A stretch of DNA of 64,000 nt, taken from the NCBI GenBank assembly GCA_035688825.1, contig DASSMM010000057.1, positions 2,830-66,829 on the forward strand. The letters run 5' to 3'. This DNA comes from Solirubrobacterales bacterium. Lineage in GTDB: Bacteria > Actinomycetota > Thermoleophilia > Solirubrobacterales > 70-9. Position 1 is the first letter of the stretch; every line of letters starts with the position of its first letter. This document shows, piece by piece, positions 9,388 through 16,988 of this stretch. The position numbers and the translations under genes are program-made. Below the pieces are notes generated by a model. It had not been told where the DNA came from and searched no databases. It worked only from the letters and a program-made list of their open reading frames with translations.

Positions 9388-10659
9388 TCATCGCGCCGCG
9401 ATTCTTTCAGGCGCTCCGTACCGATGCAAAGTTTTGGGTAGCGTGAAACTGCCGTCGCTCTCCTGGCGGTTCTCGATCAGGGCGATGATCGTGCGCCCGA
9501 CGGCGCAGGCGGTGCCGTTCAGCGTGTGGACCGCCTGCGGTGCCGCGCCCTCCTCGGGGCGGTAGCGGGCGCCGATGCGGCGAGCCTGGAAGTCGGTGGT
9601 GTTCGAGCAGGAGGTGAGCTCGCGGAACCGGCCCTGGCTCGGGATCCACGCCTCGCAGTCGTACTTCTTCGCCGCCGGCGCGCCGAGGTCGCCGACGGCG
9701 ACGTTGACGACCCGGTAGGGGATCTCCAACTCGCCGAGGATCCGCTCCTCGATCGAGAGCAGCCGCTCGTGCTCCTGCTTCGAGGTGCCGGGCTCGACGA
9801 ACGAGAACATCTCGACCTTGTCGAACTGGTGGACCCGGAAGATGCCGCGGGTGTCGCGGCCGGCGGCGCCAGCCTCGCGGCGGAAGCAGGTCGAGAAGGC
9901 GCAGTAGCGCAGCGGCAGCTCGGCGGCGTCGAGGATCTCGCCGGCGTGGAGACCGGCGAGGGCGACCTCGGAGGTGCCGGTGAGGAAGAGCTCGTCCTTG
10001 GGAATCTCGTAGATCTGGTCGCGCGCCTCGGGCAGGAAGCCGGTTCCCTCCAGCGCCTCTTCGCGGACCAGCACCGGCGGCACCACCGGCTCGTGGCCCT
10101 CGCCGCGGACGAGGTCGATGACGAAGCGGACCAGCGCCAGCTCGAGCAGGACCAGGTCGCCCTTCAGGTAGGCGAAGCGCGAGCCGGAGAGCTCGGCCGC
10201 CTTCTCCATCTCGATCAGGCCGAGCTCGGTGCCGATCTCGAGGTGGTCGCGCGGCTCGAAGTCGAACTGCGGGCGCTCGCCGACCTCGCGGATCACGACT
10301 GCGTCCTCCTCGGTCATCCCTTCCGGCGCGTCGGGATCGGGGATGTTGGGAAGCGTCAGCGCCAGCTCTCCCAGCTTGGCGCCCACCTCCTCCAGCTCCT
10401 CTTTCGCCGACTCGACCCGCTCCTTCAGCCCCTGCACGGTCGCCATCAGCTCCTCGGCGTCTTCGCCGGCCTGCTTGCGTTCGCCGATCTGCTTGGAGAG
10501 CGTCTTGCGCTCGGCCTGCGCGTTCTCGACCTCCGGCAGCAGCTCGCGCCGGCGGGCGTCCAGGGCCAGCAGCTCGTCGACCTGCTCAGCCGCGCCCCGC
10601 CGCGCCAGCGCGGCCTTGACCCGCTCGGGGTCGGAGCGGATCGCTTTCAGGTCCAGCAT
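9388..10659 (-). CDS. serS: serine--tRNA ligase
   Basis: 423 aa. N-terminal coiled-coil arm MLDLKAIRSDPERVKAALARRG, and class II motifs (FRVHQFDKVEMF, CSNTTDFQARR, HTLNGTACAVGRTIIAL). Confidence 0.97.
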   Translation of the reverse strand: MLDLKAIRSDPERVKAALARRGAAEQVDELLALDARRRELLPEVENAQAERKTLSKQIGERKQAGEDAEELMATVQGLKERVESAKEELEEVGAKLGELALTLPNIPDPDAPEGMTEEDAVVIREVGERPQFDFEPRDHLEIGTELGLIEMEKAAELSGSRFAYLKGDLVLLELALVRFVIDLVRGEGHEPVVPPVLVREEALEGTGFLPEARDQIYEIPKDELFLTGTSEVALAGLHAGEILDAAELPLRYCAFSTCFRREAGAAGRDTRGIFRVHQFDKVEMFSFVEPGTSKQEHERLLSIEERILGELEIPYRVVNVAVGDLGAPAAKKYDCEAWIPSQGRFRELTSCSNTTDFQARRIGARYRPEEGAAPQAVHTLNGTACAVGRTIIALIENRQESDGSFTLPKTLHRYGAPERIAAR

Positions 10660-10674
10660 GGGAGAGCCTCGCGG

Positions 10675-11076
10675 CTAGGGTGATTCCTGGCCGGGACGCG
10701 GCGAGGATTCGGCGTCTTCACCGGCGTACTTGGCGACGAATTTGGCGACCGCCTTGGCTTCGTCCCCGACGACGATGTTCTGGGGCATGATCGCGCCCGA
10801 GAAGCCGCCGTTCTGAATCGCGAAGAGGGCGTCGTCGAAGGTCTCTTCGCGCTGGTTCAGGTTGGGGCCCTGGGTGCGCTCGCCGCGGTTGCCGCTGCCC
10901 TGGCTGCCGGCGGCGCTCAGCGTGTGGCAGCCCGAGCAGTGGGTGGCGAAGAGCTCGGCGCCGCTGTAGTTGGGATCGTCCTGGGAGACGGCGATCTTTT
11001 CCGAGCCGAAGGAGCCGCAGGCGGTGAGCCCGAGGGCGACGGCGAGGAGCGCGGCTATGGCGATTGCGGAACGCAT
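10675..11076 (-). CDS. c-type cytochrome, lipoprotein-anchored
   Basis: Real part of track ORF 10675..11559. ATG 11076 gives MRSAIAIAALLAVALGLTACGS (lipobox), a CSGCH haem-binding motif and a distal Met (GAIMPQN). Confidence 0.85.
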   Translation of the reverse strand: MRSAIAIAALLAVALGLTACGSFGSEKIAVSQDDPNYSGAELFATHCSGCHTLSAAGSQGSGNRGERTQGPNLNQREETFDDALFAIQNGGFSGAIMPQNIVVGDEAKAVAKFVAKYAGEDAESSPRPGQESP

Positions 11077-11109
11077 GCGGCGGGCATCATATTGTCTAGC
11101 TCCCCCGCG

Positions 11110-11586
11110 ATGCCGCCGCCCGATCCAGCCAGCTTCCGCGCCGCCATGGCAGGGCTGCCGACCGGGGTCACGATCGTCACCGCCAACGGCCCCGACGGAC
11201 CCGCCGGAGCGACCGCCAACGCCGTCTCCTCCCTCTCCATAGAGCCGATGATGATGCTGGCCTGCCTCGACCGCGGCTCCCGCACCCTGCTCGCCGTCCA
11301 GGCGGCCGACTCCTTCGGCATCAGCGTCCTCCACGCCGGCCAGGAGCCGATCGCCCGCGCCTTCGCCACCAAGGCCCCCGTGGCCGAGAAGTGGTCCGGC
11401 GTCGACTGGCAAGACCGCGACGGCATCCCCGCGATCGACGACGCCCTCATCTTCATCGCCTGCGACCTCCGCGACGTCCTCGCCGCCGGCGACCACGTAA
11501 TCGTCACCGGCGAAGTCCGCGCCCTCGAATTCCGCGAAGGCAACCCCCTGGTCTTCCACCGCGGCGTGTACCGCCCGCTGGATTAG
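11110..11586 (+). CDS. flavin reductase-domain protein (HpaC/NADH:FMN oxidoreductase-like)
   Basis: ATG 11110. FRAAMAGLPTGVTIVTANGPDGPAGATANAVSSLSIEPMMMLACL...PLVFHRGVYR is typical of the Flavin_Reduct fold. Confidence 0.85.
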   Translation: MPPPDPASFRAAMAGLPTGVTIVTANGPDGPAGATANAVSSLSIEPMMMLACLDRGSRTLLAVQAADSFGISVLHAGQEPIARAFATKAPVAEKWSGVDWQDRDGIPAIDDALIFIACDLRDVLAAGDHVIVTGEVRALEFREGNPLVFHRGVYRPLD

Positions 11587-12014
11587 AGCCCGCTGGTCCC
11601 CGCCGCGCGCAGCGCGAGGAAGAAGATGACGCCGCAGCTGACGGCCATGATGCCCATCTCGCGGCGGACTATGGCGAGGGCCAGGGCTTCCTGGTCGGCT
11701 TGGGGGAGGTTCTCGTAGTCGGTTTCGCCGACCTCGCGGCTGGCGGCGTCGGCTCGGGCGCCCTCGGCGATGAAGGAGACGAGGAGAGGGAGGATGCCGT
11801 AGAGGTAGTGGAGACCGTCCTCGGGCTCGTGGTTGGTGACGACGAGGAGGCCGCCGAGGAGAGCCTGGATGAAGACCGAGACCTGGGCCGCCCTCAGCAG
11901 GTACCAGAAGGAGACCGAGGGCCGATCGCGGTACCAGGCGATGCCGCCGACCAGGCCCGCGGCCGCATTTAGCGCGATCAGCGTCACCCCGACGGCGATG
12001 TGGAGCCCGACCAC
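11583..12014 (-). CDS. hypothetical integral membrane protein (4 TM)
   Basis: 143 aa with hydrophobic helices and GC3-rich codon usage consistent with coding. No family recognised. Confidence 0.55.
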   Translation of the reverse strand: MVGLHIAVGVTLIALNAAAGLVGGIAWYRDRPSVSFWYLLRAAQVSVFIQALLGGLLVVTNHEPEDGLHYLYGILPLLVSFIAEGARADAASREVGETDYENLPQADQEALALAIVRREMGIMAVSCGVIFFLALRAAGTSGL

Positions 12015-12174
12015 GGCCTAAATCCGCCCAAAAGGGTCGGGATTCGGCTTACTGATGCGGAATATCACTATGTAGCAACATGTCACAAAGTCGGTATATA
12101 ACAGGGAGGTACGGCGGCTAAATCGGATAGTCGACCCCCGACTCGCCCGACCGCCGCAACGACCCGACCTCCCC
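12015..12174 (+). promoter_or_regulatory. AT-richer leader/promoter region of the nuo operon
   Basis: 160-bp non-coding gap with the locally lowest GC (ttactgatgcggaatatcactatgtagcaacatgtcacaaagtcggtatataac) directly upstream of nuoA. No -35/-10 assignment is made. Confidence 0.3.
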
Positions 12175-12552
12175 GTGCTGAAGAGCTACCTACCGATCCT
12201 CGTCTTCGCCTTCCTCGGCCTCACGGTCGGGGGCGTCTTCGCGCTCGTCAACCACCTGGTCGGCCCGAAGAAGCCGCCGCGCACTACCGCCGCCGGCAGG
12301 CGCCAGGGCGAGCCCTACGAGTCCGGGATCCCGGTCGAAGCGACGAAGGGACTGCGCTTCGGCGTCACCTTCTACCTCGTCGCGATGCTCTTCATCCTCT
12401 TCGACATCGAGGTCGTCTTCCTCTACCCGATCGGGGTCATCCTCAAGGGCGCCGACAGCCTCCTCGTCCTCGGCGAGCTGGTCACCTTCGTCGTCCTCCT
12501 GCTCGTCGCCTTCGTCTACGTCTGGCGGAAGGGGGCCCTGGATTGGAGGTAG
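12175..12552 (+). CDS. nuoA: NADH-quinone oxidoreductase subunit A
   Basis: 125 aa, 3 [10 protein letters not shown]...[10 protein letters not shown]. Confidence 0.95.
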   Translation: MLKSYLPILVFAFLGLTVGGVFALVNHLVGPKKPPRTTAAGRRQGEPYESGIPVEATKGLRFGVTFYLVAMLFILFDIEVVFLYPIGVILKGADSLLVLGELVTFVVLLLVAFVYVWRKGALDWR

Positions 12553-13241
12553 AGCGCCGCTCCCTGCGCGAGAAACAAGTCCGGGCCCGCGACATGCTCC
12601 GCGGCGACCTCGAGGGCGAAGACCTCGAGCGCTACGTCGAAGAACGCGTCGTCACCACGACCTTCGAGAAAGTCCAGAACTGGGCCCGCGCCAACTCGAT
12701 CTTCCCGCTCACCTTCGGCCTCGCCTGCTGCGCGATCGAGGCGCCGATCTCGATCGTCACCGCCCGCTACGACCTCGCCCGGTTCGGCGCCGAGGCGCTG
12801 CGGGCCTCGCCGCGCCAGGCCGACCTGATCATCCTCTCGGGCCGGGTCAGCATCAAAATGGCACCCGTCGTCCGCCGCCTCTACGACCAGATGCTGGAGC
12901 CGAAGTGGGTGATGGCGATGGGCGCCTGCTCCTCCTCGGCGGGGATGTTCGCCAACTACGCCGTCGTCCAGGGCGCCGACAAGTTCATGCCGGTCGACAT
13001 CTACGTGCCCGGCTGCCCGCCGCGGCCGGAGGCGGTCCTCTACGGCTTCACCAAGCTGCAGCGGAAAATCATGGGCAACCCCGACCAGAGCTGGCGGCGG
13101 CGCTACGACGCCTACGGCACCGAGGAGTGGGCGCGCGGCGGCCCCCGCTCGGAACCGAGCCCGGAGGCGGCGAAGGCCTACGAGGAAGCGCGGACCTCGG
13201 TCGAAGCGCTGCGCGAAGCCGGGGAGCCCTCCCTTGCCTGA
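12543..13241 (+). CDS. nuoB: NADH-quinone oxidoreductase subunit B
   Basis: [20 protein letters not shown] and VPGCPPRPE provide the N2 cluster cysteines. Start uncertain (TTG 12543 or ATG 12594). About 45-aa C-terminal extension. Confidence 0.93.
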   Translation: MEVERRSLREKQVRARDMLRGDLEGEDLERYVEERVVTTTFEKVQNWARANSIFPLTFGLACCAIEAPISIVTARYDLARFGAEALRASPRQADLIILSGRVSIKMAPVVRRLYDQMLEPKWVMAMGACSSSAGMFANYAVVQGADKFMPVDIYVPGCPPRPEAVLYGFTKLQRKIMGNPDQSWRRRYDAYGTEEWARGGPRSEPSPEAAKAYEEARTSVEALREAGEPSLA

Positions 13242-13839
13242 CGCTCCCGGACTCGAGCTGATCCGGGGGGAAATCGACCGCGACTGCCCCGGCGCCGTGC
13301 TCGCCACCTCCTTCGACCGCGCCCAGGCGGCGCTGGTCGTCGACCCCGAGCGGGTGCTCGAGGTGCTGCGCTGGCTCGCCGAGCAGCCCGGCCAGCGCTA
13401 CGACTTCCTCTCCTCGCTGCACGCCGCCGACTACCTGCCGGCTCAACCCCGCTTCGCGGTCCACTACGAGCTCATCAATCGCAATCGGGTCGAGCGCCTC
13501 CGAGTCAAAGCGATGCTCGAAGACGCTCCTCCCGCGGGTGGCGCGGATTTGGGGGACCGCCCCCCGCCAGTTGCGGGGGGTGGTGGAACCAAATCGGCGA
13601 CAGGACCCGCGGGCCTACCGCATGGTCTCCCCGAGATCGACTCCTGCGTCGAGCTCTTCCCCACCGCCGACGCCCAGGAGCGCGAAGTCTTCGACTTCTT
13701 CGGGATCGTCTTCCGCGGCCACCCCAACCTGACCCGGATCCTGATGCCCGACGACTACGTCGGCTGGCCGCAGCGCCGCGACTTCCCGATCGGCGGCGAG
13801 CCGGTCACCTTCACCTACTCGGAGCAGCGCTATGACTGA
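13234..13839 (+). CDS. nuoC: NADH-quinone oxidoreductase subunit C (with ~33-aa internal insert)
   Basis: [20 protein letters not shown]...[37 protein letters not shown]. The insert [34 protein letters not shown] coincides with the palindrome 13531..13613. Confidence 0.93.
   Translation: MPDAPGLELIRGEIDRDCPGAVLATSFDRAQAALVVDPERVLEVLRWLAEQPGQRYDFLSSLHAADYLPAQPRFAVHYELINRNRVERLRVKAMLEDAPPAGGADLGDRPPPVAGGGGTKSATGPAGLPHGLPEIDSCVELFPTADAQEREVFDFFGIVFRGHPNLTRILMPDDYVGWPQRRDFPIGGEPVTFTYSEQRYD
13531..13613. repeat. ~83-bp imperfect palindromic element inside nuoC
   Basis: CCCGCGGGTGGCGCGGATTTGGGGGACCGCCCCCCGC-cagtt-GCGGGGGGTGGTGGAACCAAATCGGCGACAGGACCCGCGGG. The terminal 9 nt and the central 11 nt are complementary. 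Confidence 0.8.
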
Positions 13840-15043
13840 GCAGATCGCCGTCCCCTTCGAGCAGGCGCCCGATCTCGACCGCGAGATCATGACGATCAAC
13901 ATCGGGCCGCACCACCCGGCGACCCACGGCGTCCTCCGCCTCGTCGTCGACCTCGAAGGCGAGATGGTGCGCGAGCTGCGGCCGGTGATCGGCTACGTCC
14001 ACACCGGGATCGAAAAGTCCTGCGAGGACAAGAGCTACTGGAAGGTCATCCCCTTCGTCGAGCGGATGGACTACGTCTCCTACTTCTTCCAGATGGAGGC
14101 CTTCTGCGGCGCGGTCGAGCGGCTGATCGACCTCGAGATCCCGCCGCGGGCGAAGTACCTGCGCACGCTCTTCCTCGAGCTCAACCGGATCCACTCCCAC
14201 CTCGTCTGGCTCGGCACCACGGCACTCGACCTCGGCGCGATCTCGATGCTCTGGTACTGCTTCCGCGAGCGCGACAAGATCCTCGACCTCTTCGAGATGG
14301 CGACCGGCCAGCGGATGCACACGCGCTACTTCCAGGTCGGCGGCGTGATCGAGGACATCCCGCTCGGCTTCGAGGCCAAGTGCCGCGCCTTCGCCGAGGA
14401 AATGCCGATCCGGGTCGGCCAGTACGAAGACCTGCTCGACCGCAACGAGGTCTTCCTCTCGCGGACCAAAGGGACCGGGATCGTCTCGCGGGAGCGCCTG
14501 CTCGAGCTCGGCGTGACCGGGCCGCTGCTGCGCGCCGCCGGCGACCCCTGGGACCTGCGCAAAGCCTTCGACTACCTCGCCTACCCCGAGCTCGACTTCA
14601 AGATCCCGGTCGGGACTGTCGGCGACAACTACGACCGCTACCGGGTGCGGGTGGCGGAGATGGTCGAGTCGGCGCGGATCGTCGCCCAGTGCCTCGACGC
14701 CCTGCCCGAGGGACCGTTCATCGCCGACGACCGCAAGTACGTGCTGCCGCCGCGCTCGGAGCTCTCGACTTCCATGGAGAGCCTGATCCACCACTTCAAG
14801 CTCGTCACCGAGGGCTACCGGGTGGCGCCCGGCGAGGTCTATTACTCGATCGAGGGACCGCGCGGCGAGCTCGGCTGCTTCGTCCTCGCCGACGGCTCGG
14901 CGAAGCCCGCCCGGGTGCACTTCCGCGACCCCTCCTTCGTCAACCTGCAGGCCTTCCGCGAGATGGCGGTCGGCGGCTACGTCGCCGACATGATCGCCAG
15001 CCTCGGCATGCTCGACCCGATCCTCGGAGGTGTCGACCGATGA
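13832..15043 (+). CDS. nuoD: NADH-quinone oxidoreductase subunit D
   Basis: 403 aa. INIGPHHPATHGVLRL, ERMDYVS, MLDPILGGVDR. Confidence 0.97.
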   Translation: MTEQIAVPFEQAPDLDREIMTINIGPHHPATHGVLRLVVDLEGEMVRELRPVIGYVHTGIEKSCEDKSYWKVIPFVERMDYVSYFFQMEAFCGAVERLIDLEIPPRAKYLRTLFLELNRIHSHLVWLGTTALDLGAISMLWYCFRERDKILDLFEMATGQRMHTRYFQVGGVIEDIPLGFEAKCRAFAEEMPIRVGQYEDLLDRNEVFLSRTKGTGIVSRERLLELGVTGPLLRAAGDPWDLRKAFDYLAYPELDFKIPVGTVGDNYDRYRVRVAEMVESARIVAQCLDALPEGPFIADDRKYVLPPRSELSTSMESLIHHFKLVTEGYRVAPGEVYYSIEGPRGELGCFVLADGSAKPARVHFRDPSFVNLQAFREMAVGGYVADMIASLGMLDPILGGVDR

Positions 15044-15660
15044 GCCCCGTCGACGGTCCCGGCATCAGCAACCCGAACCTCCCGGTCGACCCCGCCGTGC
15101 GCGAGGGCCGCGTCCCCGGCCGCGCCGAGGAGGAGATCCCGGAGCTGCACGAAGTCGACTGCCCGCCGGAGCTGCAGGAGCGGATCGAGACCCTGATGGG
15201 CCGCTACCCCGACCGCCGCTCGGCCTCGATCCCGGCGCTCTGGGCGGTGCAGGAGCGCTACGGCTGGTGCACGCCGGAGGGCGTCCGCCAGGCCGCCGCG
15301 GTGATGCGGGTGACGCCGGCCTACCTGGAGTCGGTGGCGAGCTTCTACGACCTCCTCCACACCAAGCCGGTCGGCCGCCACCGGATCGAGGTCTGCACCA
15401 ACATCTCCTGCTGGATGCGCGGCGGCGACCGCCTGCTCGACGCCTTCGAGGCCGCCGCCGAGGGCGACGAGGACTTCTTCGTCACCGGCTTCGAGTGCCT
15501 CGGCGCCTGCGACATCGCCCCGATGGCCTCGATCGACCAGCGCTACTACGGGCCGCTGGAGGCGGCCGAGGCCGGGACCGCGATCGAGCAACTGCGGGCC
15601 GACGCCGAGGTCCTCCCGGAGAAGGCGCTCGCCAAGCGCGGATTGGCGGGGGACTCCTGA
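15040..15660 (+). CDS. nuoE: NADH-quinone oxidoreductase subunit E
   Basis: ATG 15040 overlaps the nuoD stop (ATGA). 2Fe-2S cysteines in VCTNISCWMRGG and ECLGACDIAPM. The track ORF 14380..15660 N-terminus is a shadow frame of nuoD. Confidence 0.93.
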   Translation: MSPVDGPGISNPNLPVDPAVREGRVPGRAEEEIPELHEVDCPPELQERIETLMGRYPDRRSASIPALWAVQERYGWCTPEGVRQAAAVMRVTPAYLESVASFYDLLHTKPVGRHRIEVCTNISCWMRGGDRLLDAFEAAAEGDEDFFVTGFECLGACDIAPMASIDQRYYGPLEAAEAGTAIEQLRADAEVLPEKALAKRGLAGDS

Positions 15661-16988
15661 TGGCGCACCGGCTGGAGAAGCGCGTCCTGCTCGAGCACGC
15701 CGAGGACCCGGCGCTGCGCACGCTCGACGGCTACCGGCGCCTGGCCGGCGGCTACGAGACGCTCGAGCGCGCTTACAAGGAGATGGAGCAGGACGAGGTC
15801 CTCAAGGAGCTCGAAGACTCAGGCCTGCGCGGCCGCGGCGGCGCCGGCTTCGCGATGGGCAAAAAGGCCTCCTTCCTCCCCCGCGGCGACATGGCCAAGT
15901 ACCTCTGCTGCAACGCCGACGAGTCCGAGCCCGGCGCCTTCAAGGACCGCGAGCTGATGCAGCGCAACCCGCACCAGCTCATCGAGGGGATCGCGATCGC
16001 CGCGCTCGCCGCCGACGCCGGCCACGCCTTCATCTTCATCCGCGGCGAGTACGACGAACAGGCCGACATCCTCGACGCCGCCGTCGCCGAAGCCTACGAG
16101 GCGGGTTACCTGGGGACGAACATCCTCGGCTGCCACCGCGACCTCGAGCTGGTCGTCCACCGCGGCGCCGGCGCCTACATCTGCGGCGAGGAGACCGCCC
16201 TGCTCGACGCGCTCGAGGGCAAGCGTGGCAACCCGCGCCTGAAGCCGCCCTTCCCGGCGGTGCAGGGCCTCTACGGCGGCCCGACCCTGATCAACAACGT
16301 CGAGACCCTCTCCAACGTTCCCCACATCGTCCGCCGCGGAGCCGAGTGGTTCAAAGGCTTCGGCACCGAGCAGTCGCCGGGGACCAAGGTGGTCTCGATC
16401 TCCGGCGGCGTCAAGCGCCCCGGCAACTACGAGGTCGAGCTCGGGATCCCGACCCGCGAGCTGGTCTACGACCTCGCCGGCGGCCCCGAGGAGGGCCACG
16501 AGATCAAGGCCTTCTTCCCCGGCGGCTCCTCCTCCCCGGTGCTGACCGCCGCGGAGGGGCTCGACCTCCCCTATAGCTTCGAGGCGATGGCCGAGGCGGG
16601 CTCGATGCTCGGCTCCGGCTCGATCATCGTCTGCGACGACCGCGTCTCGATCCCGCACCTGGCGCTGCGGACGGCCCGCTTCTACCACCACGAGTCCTGC
16701 GGCAAGTGCGCCCCCTGCCGCGAGGGCACCAACTGGACCGTGAAGATGCTGGAGCGGATGGTCCGCGGCGAGGCGACGCCGCTGGACCTCGACATCGTCT
16801 CCTCGGTCCAGCAGAACATCATCGGCCACTGCCTCTGCGTCCTCGGCGACTCGATGGCGATGCCGGTCGGGGCGATGGTCCGCAAGTTCCGAGAGGAGTT
16901 CGAAGCGGTGATGGAGAACCCCGAGCTGGTCCTCGACCCGCACGCCGTCGTCCAGGGCGCGCCGGAGACGCTGGGGGCGTCGGCATGA
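15660..16988 (+). CDS. nuoF: NADH-quinone oxidoreductase subunit F
   Basis: ATG 15660. GRGGAGFAMGKK FMN/NADH site, CNADESEPGAF, ESCGKCAPCREG N3 cluster. Confidence 0.97.
   Translation: MAHRLEKRVLLEHAEDPALRTLDGYRRLAGGYETLERAYKEMEQDEVLKELEDSGLRGRGGAGFAMGKKASFLPRGDMAKYLCCNADESEPGAFKDRELMQRNPHQLIEGIAIAALAADAGHAFIFIRGEYDEQADILDAAVAEAYEAGYLGTNILGCHRDLELVVHRGAGAYICGEETALLDALEGKRGNPRLKPPFPAVQGLYGGPTLINNVETLSNVPHIVRRGAEWFKGFGTEQSPGTKVVSISGGVKRPGNYEVELGIPTRELVYDLAGGPEEGHEIKAFFPGGSSSPVLTAAEGLDLPYSFEAMAEAGSMLGSGSIIVCDDRVSIPHLALRTARFYHHESCGKCAPCREGTNWTVKMLERMVRGEATPLDLDIVSSVQQNIIGHCLCVLGDSMAMPVGAMVRKFREEFEAVMENPELVLDPHAVVQGAPETLGASA

Noticed and set aside
12015-12174. Possible tRNA, riboswitch or T-box in the larger intergenic gaps (12015..12174, 34761..34890, 37570..37742, 40931..41072, 62013..62212).
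   Set aside because: I could not fold a cloverleaf or see conserved riboswitch cores by eye. Only the 62129..62223 region is kept, as a low-confidence sRNA candidate. A covariance-model scan is needed.
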